Part shown: piece by piece, positions 1-7,799 of the stretch | Layout: each line of letters begins with the position of its first letter | Position numbering within the stretch: the stretch's first letter is position 1 | NCBI GenBank assembly: GCA_035084275.1 | Contig: CM068747.1 | Span: 1,736,001 to 1,800,000 of the forward strand | Reading direction: 5' to 3' | Source of the DNA: Hydrolagus colliei | Taxonomy: Eukaryota | DNA length: 64,000 nucleotides | Notes under the pieces: generated by a model | Database searches by the model: none | The model's input: only the letters and a program-made list of their open reading frames with translations | What the model was told of the DNA's origin: nothing | Position numbers and translations under genes: made by a program

Positions 1-85
1 AACGTTGACTCCTTTTCCTCTCTCCATGGATGCTGCCTAAGCCTGACCTGCTGACTTTCCCCAGCGACTTCTGTTTTTGTCTCAG
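1..85. mobile_element. Fragment of an abundant chondrichthyan short repeat (Penelope-like terminal repeat remnant)
   Basis: aacgttgactcc..ctctccatggatgctgcc..gacctgctga..ccagcgacttctgtttttgt resembles a common shark repeat as I recall it. It shares ccagcgacttctgtttttgt with the copy at 56677-56770. Confidence 0.5.
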
Positions 86-484
86 AAAAGACTGAGTCTT
101 GCACCAAAACCATCTCACTTCTGTTGGGTATATTCCTGATAGTGTGTTGAAGACATGTTACTGACTTGGTGAGGGGAGGGTGGGGAATGACCAGAGGCGA
201 CTGGGTGTGTAATGTGTGTAATAATACACGGGAGGAGCTTTATTTGAGGTGAATCAAAGAATCTGCCGCCCCTCGCCCCCCTCCCCCTGTGATATATAAC
301 AAAATACAGACTGAGGAGCAGAGAGAGAGACAGAGACAGTACTGTACATTAACAGCAAGCAGTCTGTGAGATGTTAGGAAATTTTCCGCACCATGGACTT
401 CATGATTTGCGAATTAAACAGCAAGTGCAATGGGAGCAAATGACACTGGCTAACAGGCGCTGGGCATCTTAATTCATTTGAACA

Positions 485-550
485 CATATATTATATATAT
501 AATATATATCTATATATATATGTGTGTCTCTCTCTCTCTCTCTCTCTCTC
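485..550. repeat. Compound microsatellite (TA)n-(TG)n-(TC)n
   Basis: Read directly. Confidence 0.9.
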
Positions 551-947
551 GGTGTGTGGCTTTGAGACTGTGGCTGGATTATTGAAGACATGTTTAACCC
601 TCTCCTCTCTCTGCCTGCTCTGCAGAGTAACTTTAGGTGTTTAAATTGGTTTCAGTCCAAAGGTGAGGGAGTGAGGGAGAGAGGGAGGGAGTGAATGGAC
701 TGACAAACAAATGGGAGCAGAGTTTATACACGTGTAAATGCTGCCAGACTGTGTTATTATTATTAATGNNNNNNNNNNNNNNNNNNNNNNNNNNNNNNNN
801 NNNNNNNNNNNNNNNNNNNNNNNNNNNNNNNNNNNNNNNNNNNNNNNNNNNNNNNNNNNNNNNNNNNNNNNNNNNNNNNNNNNNNNNNNNNNNNNNNNNN
901 NNNNNNNNNNNNNNNNNNNNNNNNNNNNNNNNNNNNNNNNNNNNNNN

Positions 948-1347
948 AATTCTTCCAGCACTTTATACGTTTCCCGCGATATTCACAAAAGTTTTTCACC
1001 TCCTTGCACTCGGCGCAGCAGCCGTTGTGCTCGATTTTAGTACATTTTGGGTGGATTTGGGGACACTCGGGCTGGTCGCACACCGGCCCGTCTTCGGTGC
1101 ACACGCACGGGCAGTTCGAGTGACCGGGGAAAAAACGTTCGGCCAGTTTGTACACGAAGCCACTGTCGTCCACACAGCCTTTACCCCGGTAATCGTCAAA
1201 CTCCAGGTTGTCGCCGTCGCCGGCTGTGGCGGCCGTGCCGTCGTCTGTCGGATCATAGTCCCGGTTAACAGCAGCCGGAGCCGCTAACGCCACAGCAAAC
1301 AACAGGACTGGGAGAGCCAGACTCCCCCGGCGCTGGTGCGAGGCCAT
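948..1347 (-). CDS. VWC2L: VWC2L (brorin-like) first coding exon: signal peptide, first VWC domain and start of the second; 3' end lost in the gap; apparent -1 frameshift at 970-972
   Basis: ATG at 1347 gives [27 protein letters not shown]... (hydrophobic signal), then [77 protein letters not shown], near-identical to VWC2L as I recall it. The position directly downstream of SPAG16 matches known vertebrate synteny. Confidence 0.95.
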
Positions 1348-1549
1348 CAGAGGTCCTAACTCAGGCTCCGGGTTCACATCGACTCCGGGGGGGGGGGGGG
1401 AGAGAGAGAGAGAGAGGGGTGGGTGGGGAGAGAGGGAGGGGGAGAGGGCGGGAGGAGGAGAGAGAGAGGGAGGAGGGGGAGAGAGAGGGAGGAGGAGAGG
1501 GGGAGAGAGAGGGAGGGAGGGGGAGAGGGAGGAGGAGAGAGAGGGAGCT
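1348..1549 (-). other. VWC2L: Probable 5'UTR part of the VWC2L coding exon with a CT-rich tract; splice acceptor ctgtattttgcag| at 1548-1549
   Basis: Canonical TTTTGCAG acceptor 200 nt upstream of the ATG. A weaker alternative AG lies at 1383-1384. Confidence 0.5.
1387..1547. repeat. Polypurine G/GA-rich low-complexity tract
   Basis: Read directly; it produces the spurious Pro/Ser/Leu-rich ORF segments. Confidence 0.9.
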
Positions 1550-3397
1550 GCAAAATACAGAGAGCCCATAGTGAATAATACAGTAAGCAAGCTTCTCTCA
1601 CTGTGTGTTTGTGTTTCTCTCACTGGGAGCTGATGATTTCTGTGTGTGACTGTCTCTCTCACACCAGCCCAAGGAAATACTATCAATAAACACGAACTTT
1701 AACAATAAGTGGGGCAAGTGGGGCGGGGGTGGGGGTGGGGGGGGGGTAGTTGTTGCTGTTGTTGTGTAATATGAATCTCGGGTTGTACNNNNNNNNNNNN
1801 NNNNNNNNNNNNNNNNNNNNNNNNNNNNNNNNNNNNNNNNNNNNNNNNNNNNNNNNNNNNNNNNNNNNNNNNNNNNNNNNNNNNNNNNNNNNNNNNNNNN
1901 NNNNNNNNNNNNNNNNNNNNNNNNNNNNNNNNNNNNNNNNNNNNNNNNNNNNNNNNNNNNNNNNNNNNNNNNNNNNNNNNNNNNNNNNNNNNNNNNNNNN
2001 NNNNNNNNNNNNNNNNNNNNNNNNNNNNNNNNNNNNNNNNNNNNNNNNNNNNNNNNNNNNNNNNNNNNNNNNNNNNNNNNNNNNNNNNNNNNNNNNNNNN
2101 NNNNNNNNNNNNNNNNNNNNNNNNNNNNNNNNNNNNNNNNNNNNNNNNNNNNNNNNNNNNNNNNNNNNNNNNNNNNNNNNNNNNNNNNNNNNNNNNNNNN
2201 NNNNNNNNNNNNNNNNNNNNNNNNNNNNNNNNNNNNNNNNNNNNNNNNNNNNNNNNNNNNNNNNNNNNNNNNNNNNNNNNNNNNNNNNNNNNNNNNNNNN
2301 NNNNNNNNNNNNNNNNNNNNNNNNNNNNNNNNNNNNNNNNNNNNNNNNNNNNNNNNNNNNNNNNNNNNNNNNNNNNNNNNNNNNNNNNNNNNNNNNNNNN
2401 NNNNNNNNNNNNNNNNNNNNNNNNNNNNNNNNNNNNNNNNNNNNNNNNNNNNNNNNNNNNNNNNNNNNNNNNNNNNNNNNNNNNNNNNNNNNNNNNNNNN
2501 NNNNNNNNNNNNNNNNNNNNNNNNNNNNNNNNNNNNNNNNNNNNNNNNNNNNNNNNNNNNNNNNNNNNNNNNNNNNNNNNNNNNNNNNNNNNNNNNNNNN
2601 NNNNNNNNNNNNNNNNNNNNNNNNNNNNNNNNNNNNNNNNNNNNNNNNNNNNNNNNNNNNNNNNNNNNNNNNNNNNNNNNNNNNNNNNNNNNNNNNTCTC
2701 TCCCTGTCTCTCTCTGTGTCTGTCTCCAAAATGCGGCTCAGGTATTTACGCTAGAGATGTGGCTTTGTGGTGGCGATGAGGGGTGTCCCCCCCCCCACCA
2801 TTCCCGACCCTTCCCTGTCAGTAATTGGATGGAATTCTTCTTCTTCTTCTGACCCAAACACTTGACCAACTGGTGTTAAATGTCGCCACAGCTTTAACCG
2901 ACCAGCCATGGACATCCGCGGGATCTCAAACACACGCCAGTCGCTACACTTCACGGTATATAACGCCACTTCACGGTATATAACGCGAAGCGCTTTGAGG
3001 CGTCGCGAACTCGTGATAAGGATTTTATCTTCTTCATCAAATGCAAGGATTGACATTATTAATATTATTATTTATCTATACCAATTCTCTCTTACTGTCC
3101 TGTGAAATCAGGTGACTGTAAACTCTGGCGCTGGGCGGGTCGCCGCCCCCTGTTTGATGTGTAGGTTCTGTCCAAGTGAAATAATTTCTCCTCTGACAAT
3201 CCTGCTGTCCCCAGAAACCAAACCGGGGAGCGACCAGGGAGAGGAATTCATGTTAAAATAAAAAAGAAGTGGGTTGAGGAACAGACACCGGTTGCCAATG
3301 TTCCTTGCGCGCGTTTTCTTATAGACCTTCCTGTAACTTTTCACCCAGATAATAAATAATACTGTCTGCGTCAGCAAATCATTTCAATCCAAACCAA

Positions 3398-3588
3398 GAG
3401 AGATGGGGGGGGGGGGGGGGGGGGAGAGAGAGAGAGAGAGAGAGATAGGGATAGATAGGGAGAGAGAGGGAGATGGGGAGAGATAGGGAGAGAGAGATGG
3501 GGAGAGAGAAAGATTGGGAGAGGGATGGAGAGAGAGAGAGAGATGGGGAGAGAGAAAGATTGGGAGAGAGACAAGGAGAGAGAGAGAG
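3398..3588. repeat. Poly-G plus (GA)n polypurine tract with an internal duplication
   Basis: Read directly. Confidence 0.9.
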
Positions 3589-4049
3589 TTACATTTCAAA
3601 GTTCAAATCATTTTGTAATTAATAATAAAGCAAATGACGGTACCTCAATGTCCGAGTGAAGGTGCCGAGGCTTGTTGGAGGTTCAGTGGTTGTTACAAAC
3701 AGCCCAGCTTCACCGGAGAGGAGGAGACGCTTCCAGCTATAGCACCTGGAGACATATCACTGGGTAGGGGGTTTCTAAAAAAAAACACATCTGCGAGATA
3801 TTCCGTCTTCTCGTGTGTGTGTGTGTGTGTGTGTGTGTCCTCTCCCCCCCACCCCCCCCCCCCCCCCCCCCCCCCACCACCAAATGACAGGAATAATAAA
3901 TAAATGGGTGCCAGACAAGAGCTCCACAAACTGAATGGTCAGAGCGGGTTGAAGACAGGGCTACAAGTGTCGTTGGGAAAACAGCCGGGATCTGATTCCA
4001 GTCTCAACCCTGATCCCAAACCTTCTTGTTGACACATGGCCCGCCTTGT

Positions 4050-4087
<38 letters not shown>

Positions 4088-4091
<4 letters not shown>

Positions 4092-4226
4092 TACTGTATA
4101 CACTCTTGGTATAAACAGTAAAAACACTGGTGTGTGTCTGTGTGTGTGTGTGAGGTGTACTGTGTATATACAGTAAAAACACTGGTGTGTGTGTGTGAGG
4201 TGTACTGTGTATATACAGTAAAAACA
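4088..4226 (+). repeat. About 3 imperfect tandem copies of gaggtgtactgtgtatatacagtaaaaacactgg(tg)n
   Basis: Read directly; unit length varies with the TG tract. Confidence 0.85.
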
Positions 4227-4231
4227 GCACT

Positions 4232-4252
4232 TCCAGCACCAGGGACAGCAGC
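4232..4252 (+). promoter_or_regulatory. REST/NRSF binding site (RE1/NRSE)
   Basis: TCCAGCACCAGGGACAGCAGC versus consensus TTCAGCACCnnGGACAGCnCC. Both cores (CAGCACC, GGACAGC) are perfect with the canonical 2-nt spacer. Confidence 0.8.
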
Positions 4253-4455
4253 CAAATCCGATCACTCCCTGACTCTCTCTCTCTCTCTCTCACTGACTGA
4301 CTCCAGCCGGTCGGTCACGGTGGCTGCTCTGATGTAGAGACTGGGCTATTCTAAAAACAATTGTTGGGGTGGGAGGGGGCGGGGAAGGGGGGTCACTTTT
4401 CATACAAATACCTGGGTGGAAACACTCAAAAGGTAATCAATGCGTTTGGCACAGC

Positions 4456-4636
4456 CCCCGGTACAGCGCTCTCTGATACACCCCGGTACAGCGCTCTCTG
4501 ATACACCCCGGTACAGCGCTCTCTGATACACCCCGGTACAGCGCTCTCTGATACACCCCGGTACAGCGCTCTCTGATACACCCCGGTACAGCGCTCTCTG
4601 ATACACCCCGGTACAGCGCTCTCTGATATACCCCGG
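4456..4636 (+). repeat. Minisatellite: 7 copies plus a partial copy of 25-bp CCCCGGTACAGCGCTCTCTGATACA
   Basis: Read directly: six perfect copies and a seventh with one substitution. No spacers, so not a CRISPR array. Confidence 0.97.
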
Positions 4637-5172
4637 GGGCATTGCCCGCACTGAGACCATGTCCATTCTCAACATCCAACCATGGCGACGGCGGCGGCGG
4701 CTCCCGGCAGCCGGTGTCCAGATCCCAGCAAAGGAAACCGGTTACAGTAACAAGTCTGGGTTTAATGTCGAGGCAGCTGATCTTCATTCCTCCTCATCCT
4801 TGCCCCCGCCGAGCCTTCCCCGCTCTGTGTGTGTGTGTGTGTGTGTCTCACTGGCCTCCAGCCGGGCTGTGCAGCTGAGCACCGGGTGTGGGAGGGAAGC
4901 CGCTCTCACCCCGACAACTGCAGCTCCATCAAAACCCGATCAGTAAACCCCACCGCGTGTGTGTGTGTGTGTGTGTGTGTTGTGCGCAATGCCACAGTCA
5001 GGGGCACAGACTAGTCTAACCCACGGTGATCCATGCGAGGCGCCCCCTCCTCCCCCTCCTCTCCCTCTCACCAGTTTGAAGTCAAATGGAAATCAAAAGA
5101 GTCACAGGTTGTGTTGGACCCTCGGCCGTGAACAGTATCCAGACACACAGCCAGCCGCCAGCCGCAACAAAC

Positions 5173-5178
5173 TTTATT
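5173..5178 (-). terminator. Candidate SPAG16 polyadenylation signal (AATAAA) followed by a GU-rich downstream element
   Basis: TTTATT on + at 5173-5178. On the minus strand it is followed by gtttgttgcggctggcggctggctgtgtgtc, about 690 nt after the stop. Confidence 0.55.
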
Positions 5179-5860
5179 GTTTTCTGAGGAACACACAACC
5201 GTAAATGTGGCTTTGACATATCGATTGTTGATATTTAATCGGTATTGGTTATTGAGTATTGACGGCCTGAAGTAGTATAAGGTGACCTGACACTTCTAAC
5301 CTCATTTCACCCAAACAAGTAAACCCGCAGGCAGCCAGCCCGCGGTATTCAAGGAGCTTCACTAAAGCATTAAAACGCACAATTAATAAAAACTATTAAT
5401 ACAAACCCGCGAATAAAGCTCTACAAAGGCCACCGCCATATCATTGTTAAACGGTTTTCCGAAGAAACGTATCACTAAATCAGTGTCACTGACGGCTAGA
5501 GGCGCGGTTTAAAACACATGTTAAATCTGCATGAGATGCTCTGTGNNNNNNNNNNNNNNNNNNNNNNNNNNNNNNNNNNNNNNNNNNNNNNNNNNNNNNN
5601 NNNNNNNNNNNNNNNNNNNNNNNNNNNNNNNNNNNNNNNNNNNNNNNNNNNNNNNNNNNNNNNNNNNNNNNNNNNNNNNNNNNNNNNNNNNNNNNNNNNN
5701 NNNNNNNNNNNNNNNNNNNNNNNNNNNNNNNNNNNNNNNNNNNNNNNNNNNNNNNNNNNNNNNNNNNNNNNNNNNNNNNNNNNNNNNNNNNNNNNNNNNN
5801 NNNNNNNNNNNNNNNNNNNNNNNNNNNNNNNNNNNNNNNNNNNNNNNNNNNNNNNNNNNN

Positions 5861-6035
5861 NATGACCAGAGACGCACAGTGCCATCCGACCCCCCTGAGA
5901 TCAGATACTCCCCCTTGTGGTCAAACAGGACACTCTGCACCGCGTCCTCGTGTCCCACCAGACTAGACAACCGGCCGGAGGGAAGGTCCAATATCTTCAC
6001 AGTCCCATCGTCACTGGCGACTACCACCAACTGAC
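5861..6035 (-). CDS. SPAG16: SPAG16 terminal coding exon: (G)QLVVVASDDGTVKILDLPSGRLSSLVGHEDAVQSVLFDHKGEYLISGGSDGTVRLWS; the stop codon begins with T at 5861 and runs into the N gap
   Basis: ORF 5521..6045(-). Acceptor ttttgcccaaag|. The C-terminus SGGSDGTVR-WS is the SPAG16 end as I recall it. Confidence 0.95.
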
Positions 6036-7715
6036 CTTTGGGCAAAAACCAGCGTGTAAAGAGAATAACTTAGTCAAAGTAAAAAAAGTAAGCAACCCCC
6101 CCCCCCCCCCCCAACTCCCCCCCCCCCCACCCAACTCCCCCCCACCCCCCAGACAACAAAACACCAGTGTACATGCTACAACAGATTTCAATTTTTCATT
6201 TAATCTACAAGTGACCAGAGGTGTGACAAGGTGAAGGCTGCTGTTGGAATCCCATCCGGCATCACTGGCACAATTCTCCCTTGATTTGGGATTTGAATAA
6301 ATATATAATTGCCCGAGGAAACTACGTCGGGCACGAAGAAAGAAAAATAAATAAATCAGGTGGTTAAAAATACAAAGTCTTGCCTGCAAGATAGTTCTTT
6401 ATTCCACTTGATGTTTGAACCTGAACTCTATGTTACACCTTGAGCTATGTTGGCTGTTCATATTTGGTTCATATCTCCATAGCCTCCCCCCACCTCCCCC
6501 CCACCCTACCAGTCAAACCGAACAGGAAAGAAGTGGCAACACTCAAAAGAAATTGGACCGAATTCACTGTCACCCGCATCAAACCCTGTGGAGCTAAACC
6601 TCAAAATTTGGCCCAATTCCCAGGCTGACCTTCGATGTTACATCCCAAGGATCTGGCACAGTTCCCGAGTAATGAATCCACTCCTTGGCACAGGCTCTAC
6701 TATTCTTGGCCATCTGTATGTTGGTGTGTGGGTGGGGGAGGTGGGGAGATGTGTATGGGGGTGGGGGGGGGAGGGGGGGGGGGGTGAGAAGCAAAGGTGA
6801 TTGGCAAAATAACTTCCTCAAAACTTCATTCCTCAAAATCCCAAACCTACCCTCGTTCCACAAGTTTTGTTCCTCAGGAAAAAAATTCTAATTTGTTCCG
6901 CCTCATGACTATCCTTTTTCAGACATTGTCTATGTCTACCACAGTATTAGTAGCATTTAAGTGAATTCGGTCCAATTCTTTGACTGGTCACCCCCCCCCC
7001 ACCAATGTAAATTTGGTCAGGAAATTCACCTGTCACTCACTGGAAACTAATTGCTGTCAATACTCTGGATTGTCCCGCTTGCCACAGACACAGTGAACTA
7101 CACACACACACACAGACACACAGCATTCTGTACTGTAGTAGACTCTCTTTATAAATGGTTAATCAGTTCTTAACCTTTATCGGTACAAAGCACATTTGCA
7201 CTCTACGTCCGCGTACACACACACAGACACAGATATATATATATATAAACTTTAAACCAGAGAGAGAGAAAAAAAAGATCTAGAAATTGCTATGAGATAA
7301 ATATTCCAGTCCTTGAAAAAAAACCGAGTGTGTTTACTGAAGTGTGATCCATCCTCACCGTTTACCAGCCTTTAATACCTGTCTGGCCTCTTCAGTCAGA
7401 CACAGCCTGGGCAGATGGGGGTGTCCACAGCAGCAGATGCCAATATTTATTACAGGTCTGATGTCGCCGGGTCACTGTTGGCAGCTCAGCCACACACAGT
7501 GTTTCACCTGCAGCTTCCAGGAGCTTCCTGTTCTCACCACCACAGGTTCAAAACAGCCTGACAAAGGACTATTCCCCCCCCCACCCTACCCACTGTGGGT
7601 AAACTGGACCCATGGTTGCACATACATATATAGATATATATATATACACGACGATTAAATGTAGGTGAAGTATGAACACCAAGTATTCAGACCTTTGGTC
7701 ACCTCTCTCCCCCCC

Positions 7716-7799
7716 ACCGCCCCCGGCTAATGTGAAGCGCTCTGAGACGCCACCCGGGGTGGAGGGCACGATGTAAATCAAAGTTGTTGTTGTTGTTGT
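7716..7799 (+). mobile_element. L2 tail only, type B
   Basis: gtgaagcgctctgagacgccacccggggtggagggcacgatgtaaatcaaag(ttg)n. Confidence 0.8.

Larger units (their letters stand above)
3644..4340 (-). other. Putative non-coding first exon / TSS region of VWC2L
   Basis: CpG-rich, contains the RE1 site, candidate donor GAG|gtaccg at 3642-3643, and lies between the SPAG16 polyA signal and the VWC2L coding exon. Boundaries are inferred. Confidence 0.35.
2760..5520. promoter_or_regulatory. CpG-enriched region spanning the VWC2L promoter and SPAG16 3'UTR
   Basis: Visibly many CG dinucleotides and GC boxes (e.g. gggggcgggg near 4375-4384), against a CpG-depleted, AT-rich background beyond about 8.4 kb. 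Confidence 0.6.

Noticed and set aside
1348-1686. Pro/Ser/Leu-rich N-terminal extension of VWC2L in ORF 763..1686
   Set aside because: Translation of a CT-rich tract that crosses a likely splice acceptor; the signal peptide starts at the ATG at 1347.
641-2754. Long ORFs containing X runs, and plus-strand ORFs over VWC2L
   Set aside because: Artefacts of N gaps or antisense shadows of the real exon.
4456-4636. CRISPR-like array, or the coding ORFs 4400..4675 and 4437..4787
   Set aside because: Pure head-to-tail 25-mer with no spacers in a vertebrate context; the ORFs are translations of the repeat.
5384-5418. Two plus-strand AATAAA motifs suggesting an antisense gene end
   Set aside because: No supporting plus-strand exon structure; such hexamers are common in AT-rich patches.
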